A DNA stretch of 64,000 nucleotides from an uncultured Gemmatimonadales bacterium (GTDB lineage Bacteria > Gemmatimonadota > Gemmatimonadetes > Gemmatimonadales > GWC2-71-9). The notes below the pieces were generated by a model that saw only the letters and a list, made by a program, of their open reading frames with translations, searched no databases and had not been told where the DNA came from. Each line of letters begins with the position of its first letter. Within the stretch, counting starts at the first letter, position 1. The stretch is taken from assembly GCA_963844035.1 (NCBI GenBank), contig CAWJMT010000004.1:128001-192000 (forward strand), read 5' to 3'. Made by a program: the position numbers and the translations under genes. Positions 13,257 through 24,921 of the stretch are shown here, piece by piece.

Positions 13257-13779
13257 TTACCATCCCGCCTTGGTTTGCGCAAGCCTGACCACATCCGCCG
13301 CGACCTGCGCCGCGGTCTTACGATCGGTGTCAAGTTTCTCGTGCGCCAAGGCATACGATGCGTCACGCTCCTTGAGCAGCTGCCGCATCCGCTCTGTGGG
13401 ATCATCACCTCCCATTAACAACGGGCGGGTTCCCTCGGACCCGGCGCGGCGCGCCGCGGTGTCGGCCCGGGTGTGGAGATAGATCACCAGCGCCCGCAGT
13501 TTCGCAGCCGTCGATCGCGCCCGGCTGGGCGGCCCACCCGCCGCCGCTGGCGATGATGGCCGGGTCGTGCGTGAGCGTCGTCTCCATCTCCTGGCGCTCG
13601 AGGGTGCGGAACGCGGCTTCGCCTTTTTCGGCGAAGATCATCGTGATCGGCTTGCCTTCGCGCCGCACCAGCACCGCATCGATGTCCACGAACGTCGCCT
13701 GTAACCGCTCCGCGACCAGACCACCCACGGTGGTCTTCCCGGAGCCCGGGAGTCCCACCAGCACGACGTGCCGCTTCAC
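13257..13779 (-). CDS. aroK: Shikimate kinase (indel near 13500)
   Basis: VLVGLPGSGKTTVG, GEAAFR.LE, SGGGW and RPLL. GTGA overlap with aroC. Confidence 0.9.
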
Positions 13780-14954
13780 GACGCTGCCCCTTGCGGCGCG
13801 CGCGTGCGCAGCTGAGCCTGGTATCCGTCGAAGTTGCGTTTCATCTCGCTCAATGAGTCTCCGCCGAACTTCTCGAGCATCGCCTCCGTGAGCATCAGCG
13901 CCACCATCGTTTCCGCGATGACGCCCATCGCGGCGACGGCGGTCACGTCGGACCGCTCCGACTGGGCCTGCGCCGGACCGCCCGTCTTGAGATCCACCGT
14001 GCGGAGCGGCGACATCAACGTGGAGATCGGCTTCATCGCCACGCGGGCCACCAGCGGCTCCCCGGTCGTCATGCCGCCTTCCGTCCCCCCGGCGCGGTTC
14101 GTGGCGCGGCTCAGGCCCGGCAGGATCTCGTCGTGCACCTCCGAGCCCTTGCGGCGGGCCGCTTCGAACCCGAGCCCGAGCTCGACGCCCTTGACCGCCG
14201 GGATGGACATGAGCGCCTGCGCCAGGCGTCCGTCGAGCTTGCGATCCCAGGAGATGTGGGACCCCAGACCGACCGGAAGGTTGAGGCCGACCACCTCCAC
14301 GACGCCCCCCAGCGTATCCCCGGCCGCCTTGGCCGCGTCGATCAGCGCGATGATCTCGCGCTCGGCCTCGCGGTCGAGGCAACGAATGGGGCTCGCATCC
14401 GCGGCCTCGTTCAACGGGGTGGGGAGCGGAATGGGGACCTGCGCGCGCACGCCACCGAGCTCGATCACATGGCTTCCGATCTCGATGGCGAACTGCTCGA
14501 GCAGCAGCTTGCAGACGGCGCCGCATGCGACGCGCGACACCGTCTCGCGCGCGCTCGCACGCTCGAGAATATCCCGCGCGTCGCGGCGGTCGTACTTGAG
14601 CGCGCCGGCCAGGTCGGCGTGTCCCGGGCGCGGGCGGGTGACCTGGCGGCGCCGTTCCGCGCCCGGGGCGTCCGCCTCGGCCGCCATGACGTCCTGCCAG
14701 TGCTCCCAGTCGCGGTTCCACACCAGCATCGCGATCGGCGAGCCCAGCGTCTCGCCCGCGCGCACGCCGGCGAGCCACTCGATCTGGTCGGATTCGATTT
14801 TCATGCGCGCCCCGCGGCCATAGCCGCCCATGCGGCGCTTGAGCTCGACGTTGATGCGATCAGCGGAGACGGGCAGTCCCGCGGGGATCCCTTCGAGGAC
14901 CGCCACCAGTCCCCGTCCGTGCGATTCCCCCGCGGTCGTAAAGCGAAAAGTCAC
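13776..14954 (-). CDS. aroC: Chorismate synthase
   Basis: FTTAGESHG, RPGHAD, ERASARET and MKPISTL. Confidence 0.97.
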   Translation of the reverse strand: MTFRFTTAGESHGRGLVAVLEGIPAGLPVSADRINVELKRRMGGYGRGARMKIESDQIEWLAGVRAGETLGSPIAMLVWNRDWEHWQDVMAAEADAPGAERRRQVTRPRPGHADLAGALKYDRRDARDILERASARETVSRVACGAVCKLLLEQFAIEIGSHVIELGGVRAQVPIPLPTPLNEAADASPIRCLDREAEREIIALIDAAKAAGDTLGGVVEVVGLNLPVGLGSHISWDRKLDGRLAQALMSIPAVKGVELGLGFEAARRKGSEVHDEILPGLSRATNRAGGTEGGMTTGEPLVARVAMKPISTLMSPLRTVDLKTGGPAQAQSERSDVTAVAAMGVIAETMVALMLTEAMLEKFGGDSLSEMKRNFDGYQAQLRTRAPQGAAS

Positions 14955-15039
14955 CGTGTCTGCAAAGCCTCCGATAACACGCGAGCCCGACCTACCGTCG
15001 GGCTCGCACCTGTGCCGTTCCTTCTTACCCCGCAATTCG

Positions 15040-17616
15040 TCACGGGCTGTGGCGTACCTGGTTGAACCGCGGCGGCGCCGGGTTCGGGTTCGGGAAGACC
15101 GGCAGTCTCACCATGACGAGCCCGCGCCCTGTGACGCCGAACAGCAGCTGATTCCCCGCCAGGTCCCTCGCCACACGCAGCGGCCCGGTGATCGGGTCGC
15201 GCACCGGGATGGAGCCGATGAGGTTGTAGAAGAACGTGTCGAACACCAGGATGTTCCCGCTCGGGTCCGCCGCAAAGGCGACGCGGAGCGTGGAATCCCG
15301 CGTCCCGCCCAGGCCGGTGGTGCCGCCTTGCCCCGCCGCGAAATCGTGGAAGTAATTCATGTCCATGCCCGGCGCGCCCACCGGAGCCGGCGAGATTCCC
15401 TTCAACCGCAGGCCTTCGTCGAGGACGTAGATCGAATCGGCGCGGACCAGGTTCGTGCCGCCGTTGAAGTTCGTGGCGATCGCCGCGACGTGCACGCCGG
15501 TGTTGGAGATGAAGTCGCGCACGTCCACGGCCGGCGACATGCCCAGGTCCAGTTCGTTGAAGCCGTAGTCGGCGGGACCGTTGACCGTGTCGGGCGACGT
15601 GTAGCAAGCGCCCGGAATGCCGTAGGCGACGCTCGGATTCAACGTGCTGACGCCGTGCTTCAGGGAGTCCCTGGTCGTGTAGGACATCACGCGCCGGTAC
15701 GCCTCGCCCGCATTGCCGCCCTCGCCCACGAATGCGTGAGTGAAGTTGCCGGAGTTGCGCGCAAAGGTGGAGTCCCCCATCCCGAAGGTCGAGAAGTTGA
15801 TCGTCACCCCGGCGCACGCCGAGAGGATGACCTGCGTGTCGTTGTAGGGCCGGCCGCGGCGCATCACAATGCGCAGCGTGTCCGTCACGTCGCTCGCCCC
15901 CTGGCCCCCGATCTCCCAGAAGAAGTGCCCGAACAGCCGCCCGTTGTCCGCCGGGAACGTCAGGGCGTTCGTGTTGATCAACTTCTCCATCCGCAGCGTG
16001 CCCCGGCCATTGAAGGGCGAGCTCGAGCTCGCCGTCGGTGTCGTCGAGTAGACGGCGAATATCGAGTCGGCGTGGCACAACGGCGGCGTGGAGCCGGTGC
16101 TGCACACCGTGGCGAGGTACTGCGGCCGGTCCGACAGGTCGTGGATCAGGATGTGTGCGACGTAGACGCCGCCGGCGACCTGGACCACCTGGTACTTCTG
16201 AACCTCGTAGTTCGGCAAGTCCTGGCGCCAGCGCAGCCGCCGCGCGGCGACGTCGATGACCGAGAACTCGGTGCCGCCTGCGTCCGCCACGACGATCGAG
16301 TCCCCGTAGTTCCCGATCGTGTCGCGCGGCCACAGCGCGATACCCCAGGGCTGCGGGCCCGCAGTGGGGATGCCGCTGGCCACGAAGGAGGTGTTCGCGA
16401 CCTGGAAGACTTCGACGCGCGACAGCGGCGTGTTGGTCAGATACAGCTCACCGCGGGTCGCGTTGAAGATGGCGTCCGCCATCTTGCCGCCCTGCGGGAA
16501 ACCGCGCGACACACCGGCGACGACCTGGGCCGAGTCCGCGCGCGCCGTGCCATTCGACGATGCCATTGACCGTGGAGAACGCGCGGTTGACCGCCATCGA
16601 TGCGTCGAAGGCGTACCCACCACCCGCACCGTCGGCGGGAAGGCAGTGATCGCACCAAGGTTCAGCGAGAACCTGCGCGACATGTCGGTCGGGTTGCCGG
16701 CGACGGGTACGGTGCCGAACGTGAGCACCGAGCTGTCGGACGCGAGGCGCACCAGGAACCCGATCCGCGTGATCGCGCTCGGATCGGTCGCGTGCACCGT
16801 GATCGTGTCGGTCGCCTCGACACGGAACGTGACAATTGTCGGTCACGGAGGGCGGCGTGACGTCGTTCGCCGCGGACAGGATGGAGACGACCACCGTCCC
16901 GCTGGTGGACCGCGGCGGTTCCGCGTCCTCGGCGAAACCGGTGATCGTAAACGTCCCGGTGGTCGCGATGACGACCACCGAGTCGATGAAGTCGACGGTC
17001 GGCGGGAACGGGATCGCGAACGAGATCGAGTCGCCGGCCGACGTCTGTTGACGCCGCCACCGGCCGACGATCCATCCCACGCGCTGGATCCCCCCGTCTG
17101 CTCCGCGTGATGTGGATCGGGACGTACCTGCCCTGGGACGCGAGCGCGCCGGGCGCCGGGGACAGCAGCACGACGCTCAGCGCGTTGACGTTGTCCAGGA
17201 AGATGACGAGCGTGTCTTCGGCGTAATTCCCGATACCGTCGGTCGCGCGGCCGACGATCGTGATGAGGCCGCCGGCGCCCGAGTTCGCCGGGAACACGAG
17301 GTTCACCGGCAGCGTCACGGCCGGCAGGGTCTGATTGAAGAAGATGGTGTCGGTGGTATCGATCAGGCCGCCCGAGAAAGATGAGGCGGATGTCATTGAG
17401 CGCCAGATTGTCGGTCGCGCTCACCGTGAAGTGCATGCCCGACGCGATCTTCTGCGTGTCGATCGCCGGCGGCGTCTTGCCGCTGGTGAGGCTGATCGTC
17501 GGTGGGATAAGGTCGGGCTGGAAGCCGCCGGGTGAGCGCGACGATTCGCACGCCCAACCGGCCAGCGCCAAGACGACGCCCACCCACGTTATCGCGACCG
17601 CTCGTCCGTGTAGCAT
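15040..17616 (-). CDS. Large putative lipoprotein with Ig-like N-terminal domains and a C-terminal beta-propeller (several indels)
   Basis: Signal with lipobox (VVLALAGWA-C). Thr/Val-rich beta segments and propeller-like blades (ELYLTN...VEVF, PQPWGIAL, VADAGGTEFSVID). Joins four ORFs. Confidence 0.65.
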
Positions 17617-17630
17617 ATGCGCTCCCGGCG

Positions 17631-19549
17631 TCACTTCCCGGCGCTGGGCGTCACCAGGTCGTCGATGATGTGCGGCGTAATGAGGATCAGGAGGTCGCGC
17701 CGCGTTTCCTGCTGATTGGTGAATCCGAACAACTTGCCGACAATGGGCAGGTCTATAAGAAACGGTATTCCGGTCTTGGATACCGTGACCTCAGTCACGG
17801 TCAAGCCGCCAATAACGGCCGTTTCGCCGTCAGAAACGAGGATCTGGTTGTCCGCCTGCTGCGTCTGGAACGTGAACCCGATGTCCACCGATGCCGGCAC
17901 CACGTTCGAGCGCTCGGCATGCACCTCCATCAGGATCTGCCGGTTCGCGGTGACGTGCGGCGTGACCCGCAGGTTGATACCGGTCTGCTCGAAGCTCACC
18001 GTGGCGGTCGGCGCGTTCGCGACGCCCGCGCCGCGCTGGCGTCGATCACGCGGATCGGCACGCGGTCGCCGACGAGGATCTGGGCCGGCCGGTTGTCGAG
18101 CGTGGTGATCGTCGGCTCGGCCTGGATGTCGTCCAGGGACAGCGACTGCAGCGCCTGGAGGAACGCCGTGAGATCGAAGTTCCCGATCGCGGTGGAGAAG
18201 ATGAGGTTCAACGCGGGATTGATCACCGCCTGGCTCGCGTTGCCGGTCGCCGAGAGCGAGTTCCCGCCGAGGTCCACGATGGTCTGATCCGCCGAGTAGA
18301 ACTGCGTCGGAACCGATCCGGTCGGCACGCCGTTGGGATTGGGGGCCCCCGGCGCGGCCGAGGACGGAATGGGACGCTGGACGAGCGAGTTGAAGAACTG
18401 CGTCTGCGAGCCCAGGTCGTACTTGACGCCCATCTGCTCGATGTCCGTCCGGTCGACGAAGATGATCTTCGCCTGGATCGATACCTGCGGCGTGCGGATG
18501 TCGAGGCCGCGGACGAACTGCTCGATGTCGTTGATGCGGTTGCGGGTGTCGGTGATGACGAGCGCGTTATGACTCGTGTCGGCCACCACCTTGCCGCGCC
18601 CGCTCGAGACGATCGACTGCACCGCCGGCACGCAGCGACGTCGCCTTCGCATAGTTGATGCGCACCAACCGGGTTTCGACCGGTACGGTCGAGTCGGCGC
18701 GTGCAAAGTCCGCCTTGTCGAGCACGTTGATGATGCCGCCTTCCAGAATCTGGTACGTGAGCCCCTGCGACTCGAGCACGGCCGCGAACGCGAGGTCCCA
18801 CGGCTGATTCTTGATCTCGGCGGTCACCTTGCCCCGCACATCCTTGCCCACGACGATCGTGCGGCCGCTGAACGCCGCGAATCCCGCGACCACGTCTTCG
18901 ATGTCTGCGCCGTCCCACCGGACCGTGATGCGCGGTGCGGGCGATTGGGCGCTCTCGATGGCGTGCGCCGCCAGATACTGGTTGACGACGATCGGGTCCG
19001 GGCTGAACTGCCGGCTGAGGACGGATTGGAACCCGCTCATGGGCGCGGGAGCGGACTCCGCGAGGACCATGACGCCTTCCTCCGGCTCCACAGGCGGTGA
19101 CGAGGGCAAGGGCACGCTCGCCACCGCCTGACTCGACCACGGGTCGAACGCGGCGCGGTCCGTGCTGAGCTCGATCCGGACCTGCTTGTCACCGCGCTTG
19201 ATCTGATAGTCCTTCAACGCGTCCAGCTCGATGACGATGCGGACGACATCGGGCCGGAACTGCGCATAGCGGACGTTCTTGATCCCGCCGCGATTCCGAC
19301 CGTCGTACAACATCGTGCGCCCAGCAGACGCGCGCCCGTGAAATCGATCACGAGGCGGGCGGGATTGCTGAGCGTGAAGTCCTGGATCTCCACCGCGCCT
19401 TGAAGGTCGACGACGACCGCGACCTTGCCCGGCGCCGGAAGGACACTGACGGCCCGTACCCCACCGTCCTGTCCACCGCCTGCGACTGCGAGGGCTCCGG
19501 GGGCCGCGACGAACAGTCCGAGCGCGGCGATGGCAGCGATGTACTTCAT
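17631..19549 (-). CDS. pilQ: Type IV pilus secretin with AMIN domains (indels near 19320, 18630 and 18030)
   Basis: NPARLVID, VRIVIEL, LDIRTPQVSIQAKI, LRVTPHVT, GETAVIGGL, GIPFLIDLPIVGKLF and LLILITPHII. Confidence 0.92.
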
Positions 19550-19981
19550 GGCATCTCCTCTCGCTTCGCGAGCTGCAGACTCTCTTGCCGCTCGAAGCCG
19601 AATTCCTGCACCGTAAACACGATTTCCCGTGGCCGGATCTGCGTCACCTTGAGTCGTCCCATGACGTCGCCGGCCTTTGCCCGATACCGCTTCCCATTCG
19701 TGACGTCGCGCATGACCGCGACACTGCGTACCGGATAGCGCTGGTCATAGTAGATGCCCACCAGCTTGAGATCCGTCAGGAGCGGCCGGATGTCCCCCGA
19801 CTTGAGCAGCGAGACGAACGGATCCCGCCCTCCGCCCTCGTACGCGAACACCTCGCGCACCAGCGCGACCGACGCGGAATCGCGGTGCGTCGTGTCCGGC
19901 GCCGCCGCCTGGGCCGCGAGCGCCCGCCGCCGCGAGCCAGGCGAGACCGAACGCCCCGAAGGACCACGTGGTCGTTCTCAT
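19546..19981 (-). CDS. PilP-like protein (indel near 19900)
   Basis: Y..GGRDPF...LTDLKLVGI motif. Lies between pilO and pilQ with overlapping stop/start codons. Confidence 0.7.
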
Positions 19982-20598
19982 TGCTTGGCGCCGGGCTTCG
20001 CCACCGGCCTGACCGGCGGCGGCGACTTGACGAAGGTCCGCACCGCCAGATTCACCTGGAGCAGCGTGCCCAGCGTGTCGTTCAACAGCCGCTGCGCGCC
20101 CTGCGAGGCCGGCTTCACCACCACGTCCTGCGGCACGACGATGCGTGGCAGGCTGGCGATGTCGGACAGGTACTCACCCAGCTGATCGTAGTGCCCCATG
20201 ATCTCGAGCTTGTACCGGTACGTGTCGAACGGCGGTCCGGGCTCGACCGGCATGGGCTCGATCCTCCCGATCGTGACGCCGCGCACCTTGGCCCGCGTGG
20301 ACATGTCGTCGATCATCGCCGGCACTTCGTTCTGCTCCGGCACCAGGCGCCGCATCAAGCCGAGCATCGAGCGGTAGCGCTCCACCTTCTGCCGCAGGTC
20401 TTCCATCGTGCCCGCGGCCAGGTCCTTCTTGGCCCGCTCGACGATGGTGCGCAGGCTGTCGATCTGCTGCGATGTGGCCGCGATCTGTTTGCTCGCCCCG
20501 TCGTAGTAGTAGTTCCAGAACAGGTAGCCACCCCCGAGCGCCATGAGGGTGAGCAGCATCATGACCTGGCTTCGTTGATCGCTGGGGAGCAGGGCCAC
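19978..20598 (-). CDS. pilO: Type IV pilus alignment protein PilO
   Basis: TM helix, coiled coil, LVPEQNEVPAMI and GHYDQLGEYLSDIASLPRIV. Confidence 0.9.
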   Translation of the reverse strand: MALLPSDQRSQVMMLLTLMALGGGYLFWNYYYDGASKQIAATSQQIDSLRTIVERAKKDLAAGTMEDLRQKVERYRSMLGLMRRLVPEQNEVPAMIDDMSTRAKVRGVTIGRIEPMPVEPGPPFDTYRYKLEIMGHYDQLGEYLSDIASLPRIVVPQDVVVKPASQGAQRLLNDTLGTLLQVNLAVRTFVKSPPPVRPVAKPGAKQ

Positions 20599-20601
20599 GG
20601 G

Positions 20602-21294
20602 CTACCTCAGCGACTGGGAAAGGGGGGCCGTGTGGATGTACACGGAGTCGGCGACGCGATACCGCGCCGTCACGCTGAACGCGGTCACCGGCCGGTCCTG
20701 CTCCACCACGGTCTGGGAGCTCGCCGGAACCACCTCGGTGAACCAGGGCGACGCGGACAGCTGGCGCAGGAACGTCGTGTACGCCTGGATGTCCACGGTG
20801 CTCCCCGTGACGGTGAAGCGCACGGCCGGGGCTGCGGCAGCGGCGCTCGTGTCGGGCGGAGCATTCGGCGAAGCAGGCGCCGTCGCGACGGCGATGCCGG
20901 TCAGCCAGCTGTACGGTGGCAGCGCCTTGGTGATCTGGTCGAGAATGTGCGGCCACACGTAGCGGTCGCTGTCGATCCGGCGGATGACCGTGATCTCCGC
21001 CAGCAGCGAGTCGCGCATCTTCTCCGACTGGCGCTTCTGCGCGATCACGGCGTCGAACCGCTGCTTCTCCACCTGCACCTCCTGCAGCCGGGAATTCAGC
21101 ACCGCGAGCCGCGCCTTGCTGGTGACGAACAGCGCCCCGGCGCCGACGAGCAGCAGCACCCACGACGCGCTGGCTGCGAGGAGCCAGGGGTTCGTGACGC
21201 TGGCCAGCAGCGCCCGGAAATCCGGAAGCTTGAGCTTGAAGCCGGCACCCGGCGCCGCGCGTTTCTTGCCGGGTAGGAGATTTATTTCAATCAT
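20602..21294 (-). CDS. pilN: Type IV pilus alignment protein PilN
   Basis: N-terminal MIEINLLP, a TM helix and LRQLSASPWF. Confidence 0.92.
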   Translation of the reverse strand: MIEINLLPGKKRAAPGAGFKLKLPDFRALLASVTNPWLLAASASWVLLLVGAGALFVTSKARLAVLNSRLQEVQVEKQRFDAVIAQKRQSEKMRDSLLAEITVIRRIDSDRYVWPHILDQITKALPPYSWLTGIAVATAPASPNAPPDTSAAAAAPAVRFTVTGSTVDIQAYTTFLRQLSASPWFTEVVPASSQTVVEQDRPVTAFSVTARYRVADSVYIHTAPLSQSLR

Positions 21295-22344
21295 GAAGTG
21301 CGCCTGAGCGCGAGGCCCACCGACAGCATCAGGAGCGGCGCCAGCTCATCGACCGACACGGCCTCGAACACCGAGTCCCGCACCTTGAGCCGCTGCAACG
21401 GACTCGCCAGCTCGACCGGTACCTTGAGCCGCTCGGCCAGCGCTTCGTTCAGCCCCGGGATCCGGGCGCCCCCACCGGTCGTAAACACCCCGCTCAACCC
21501 ACCCGCCGAGCGCGAGGCAGTGGCCAGAAACGCCGCCGCCCGCTCGACGCCGACCGCGATTTCGTCGCCCCGAGCCTCGACATAGCCGGCCAGGTCCGCA
21601 GTTCGCCGTCCGGCCCTGCACCACCTGCTCGGACGCCTCCGCCGAGAGCCCCTTTTCCCGCTGCAGGTCCTCGCGGAACCGCCGCGTACCCACCGAGAGA
21701 TCCCGCGTCAGGACCGGCACGCCGTCCTCGAGGACGTTCACGTTGGTCACTTCGTGGCCGATGTTGACGAGCCCCACCACCCCCTGCATGGCGTCGGGAT
21801 GGTTCAGCTCGAAGGCGTTGTGGATGCCGAAGGCGTCCACGTCGATGATCGCCGGCTGCAACCCCGCTTCCTTGAGGAGGCCTACGCGGCCTTCCACCAG
21901 CTCCCGCTTGGCGGCGACCAGCAGCACGTTCATCTGAAGCCCGTCAGCATCCGGGTCGAGGATCTGGAAATCGAGCTCCACGTTGGCCATGTCGAAGGGC
22001 ACATGCTGCTCGGCCTCCCAGCGGATCACTTCGCGTGCATCCGCTTCCTTCATACGGTCCATCTGGATCTTCTTGACGATGACGTCGCGCCCCCCGACCG
22101 CCGTGACTACGGACTTCTGCTTCACGCCCGCCGTGGAGAACAAACCCCGAACCGCCTCCGCCACGATGCCGGGGTCCATGACTTCCCCTTCGACGATGGC
22201 ATCGGTCGCGACTTCCGTCGTGGCCACTTTGATGAGCTCGGGTTCGCTTCCGGAATGGTCGATGACGACCAGCTTGATGATCCCGGAGCCGATATCCAGC
22301 CCAACCGACGTTTTCTTGCCGCCCAGCAGGCCAAAGAGAGCCAT
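21291..22344 (-). CDS. pilM: Type IV pilus protein PilM (indels near 21490-21600)
   Basis: VGLDIGSG, WEAEQHVPF, LLVAAK, TGGGARIPGL and VGLALR. Confidence 0.93.
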
Positions 22345-22384
22345 TGCAGCCTAAAGTTAGAGACAGAGGGGGCGAGGGCAAACT

Positions 22385-22413
22385 ACAGTAAGGCTGGGCC
22401 CTTATCCTGTCAA
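22385..22413 (-). promoter_or_regulatory. Sigma-70 promoter of pilMNOPQ
   Basis: TTGACA (22413-22408), 17-nt spacer, TACTGT (22390-22385). Confidence 0.7.
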
Positions 22414-22464
22414 GCCTCGAACCTACACGAGATTGGATAGCGAAACTACCTTGGTGACAAACAC

Positions 22465-23583
22465 TTAAGGCACATCAGGAAGGCCAACCCATCCGCGCGT
22501 CCGCAACATCTCTGCCGATGCCACCGTCTCCAACGCCTTTGAAATCGCGCACTTAGAGTACGTCACCTCAAGCAATCCCCCGGTAACACCCTGCAGCACG
22601 ACACTGTCCTCGACGAGCACTGCTCCCATGAACGCGGTGGCTCGCAGCGGGTCTGCGATCACGGTGAGGCCACCGCGGATCAGCGCCACACCATACCACT
22701 CGAGGCCGCCGCGTACCACTAGGCTCCCGTCCACCAACAGAATCCCTTGCCCCGCGATTCCATTCACCGTGGCGTCACCAGTGACGGACACAACGGGGAA
22801 GTGATTGCCACATGGATAGTTAGGTCCCCTGCCGTCGCCCCAGTTCGTCACGACAGTTTCGTCGCACCGCCCAGCCACCACGACGGGCCCGATGTCACTG
22901 CCGAAGGTTCGCCCGGCGACCGTGTGGGTCGCCCACGCGGCGAGCTGGCTGTTGGTGATGCCTTCGAGGGTGGCCGCGCCACCTGGGGCCTGGACGCCGG
23001 CCTGTTGGCTGTCCGGCGGGCCACAGGGCCCCCATCCCGTCGGGACGTGATCGGCACCATCCACCCTAACCGGGCCCGAGAGCCGGACCCCTTTGCCAGC
23101 CGTTAGGGCCGCCTTGACCCCGGACGCTACCGGCCGAACGTGCGCCACCACGCCAACGTGCTGCCGTACCTCCCCGCCCCTGCCCCCGCCCCCACCGGGC
23201 TCCGGCATCGGCGACGACGAGTCACGCCCGACGATGGTGATGAGATACAGCTCGCCGTTCAGCTTGTAGACGTGGCCCCCGTAGGCTCCGGTCTTGAGTG
23301 CGGCGACTGTCCAGGCGCCAGGGTATCCGTCGGGCACGGCAACCGAGTCGAGGGGAAGCGCGGCACTGCGATTGTAGATCGTAGGATCCCAGGTGCGGAT
23401 CACGGCAGCGGCGCCCTCCTCCGCCACGCCGAAGGCGCGCGGGACGCGGCGCATACTCTCCCCCATGCGCGCCTCCTGAACGCCGAGGAAGCTGACGGTG
23501 GCGGCGAGGACCCCCACTAGCACCAGCACCCAGAGTGCCATGGCCAGCGCCATGCCGCGCTCACCGCGAGCGGTGCCGGTCAT
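22465..23583 (-). CDS. PilX-like minor pilin (set 2)
   Basis: ERG|MALAMALW prepilin site lacking Glu5. C-terminal GILLVDGSL...GVALIRG beta repeats. ATGA overlap with the upstream gene. Confidence 0.75.
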   Translation of the reverse strand: MTGTARGERGMALAMALWVLVLVGVLAATVSFLGVQEARMGESMRRVPRAFGVAEEGAAAVIRTWDPTIYNRSAALPLDSVAVPDGYPGAWTVAALKTGAYGGHVYKLNGELYLITIVGRDSSSPMPEPGGGGGRGGEVRQHVGVVAHVRPVASGVKAALTAGKGVRLSGPVRVDGADHVPTGWGPCGPPDSQQAGVQAPGGAATLEGITNSQLAAWATHTVAGRTFGSDIGPVVVAGRCDETVVTNWGDGRGPNYPCGNHFPVVSVTGDATVNGIAGQGILLVDGSLVVRGGLEWYGVALIRGGLTVIADPLRATAFMGAVLVEDSVVLQGVTGGLLEVTYSKCAISKALETVASAEMLRTRGWVGLPDVP

Positions 23584-24407
23584 CGCCGTGGGTTGTTCCG
23601 CAACGCGACCCGGGTCACCAGGCTGTCCGTCGCCAGCGTCGTGCGGCCACGCACCCGCAGCTCGACCGCCGCGACTGCAGTGGGTACGGTCGTCGGCGCC
23701 CCGGTGCGATCGAAGTAGGTGAGCGTCAAACCGCTTGGGCCAGCGAGTGGCCCGAGCAGCGGCTGAACGGTGCTGCCGGCGCGCTGCTGTCCCAGGTACC
23801 ACTGCATGTCCGCCCCCGAGCGGTATGAGGCATAGGTCACCGTGGCGAAACCACGCAGCGGCGATCCGTTCGTGAAGCCAGCGCCGGCCCCGGCCAGCCG
23901 CAGCAGCAATTCATAGCCCGGTCGCGCGCGATCGGCGTCGGGACAATCCTGGTTCGTCGCTGCGAGGACAAGGCCGCGCAGCCAATCGTCGTCGCTCCGG
24001 ACTGCTGGATCTCCTTCGTGGTAGAGCAGGACCGAGTCACCGGCCTCGAACGAGCCCCTAGTCCCGAAGAATGGCCGCTCCCGTACGCGCAGGGTGAGCA
24101 GACCGGCAGCGCCGCTGCTCGGGCACCGTGCAGAGAAACGCCACCTGCTCCGTCGCCCGCAGGGTGATCGACGTGGCCGACATGGCGGTGATATCGGAAT
24201 CGGCCGCGTCGAGCTCCCGGAGCGCCGCCGGCAGGATGGCTACGCCGCGCGGAGGTTTTGTTGCACCGCGGCCCGCTCGGCCTGCGCGAGGTATGCACGC
24301 TGGCTCGTCCACAGACCGCGGAGCAACCCGGCGGCCACGACGCCCAGCAGGGCGAGCGACACGAGCAGCTCGATCAGCGTCAGTCCTCGCCGGTCTAGGG
24401 CAGGCAC
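23580..24407 (-). CDS. PilW-like minor pilin (set 2; several indels)
   Basis: From GTG 24407 it reads VPALDRRG|LTLIELLVSLALLG (absent from the ORF track). C-terminus GLTLTYFD...VALRN. Confidence 0.72.
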
Positions 24408-24772
24408 GAGATCTCGGTCTCGAGGCTGTCACGCCGCCACGCGCCCGTCGCGGTGCGGGACCTGGTTTGCAGTACGATCCACCAGTGCCCCTTCCCGGCG
24501 TCCACGAAGCGCCAGCTGAGCGAGTCGATCGGCACGCCGTTCGCGAGGTGAACCTCCAACCCCGGGACCTGAGAGGCGCAGGCGGTGACGCGCAGCCGCT
24601 CCAGGCGCTGCGTGGCGAGGGTGGCGGCCAGAGCAGCGTGGCGGCCGCGGGCGAGCATCCGGGTGACCGCGGCGGTCGTCGAAAGCAGGGCCAGGAGCCC
24701 CACCTCGAACAGGACGACCGCCACCATCAGCTCGACGAGGGTGAAGCCACGCTGGGAAGGGACTGTCGACAT
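24395..24772 (-). CDS. PilV-like minor pilin (set 2)
   Basis: QRG|FTLVELMVAVVLF; 125 aa. Confidence 0.8.
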   Translation of the reverse strand: MSTVPSQRGFTLVELMVAVVLFEVGLLALLSTTAAVTRMLARGRHAALAATLATQRLERLRVTACASQVPGLEVHLANGVPIDSLSWRFVDAGKGHWWIVLQTRSRTATGAWRRDSLETEISCLP

Positions 24773-24921
24773 GCCGGGAGTATGCGGCGCTCGCGCCGGG
24801 ACTCGGGTACCAAACGAGCGCAGCCCGTCACCGGGCGTTGCATGACAAGAGCGGCCTGAGCTTCGGCGTGACGCCGAAACCCAGGCCGCTCAGGTGTTAC
24901 CGACCCCGCGGTGCTAGCAGG

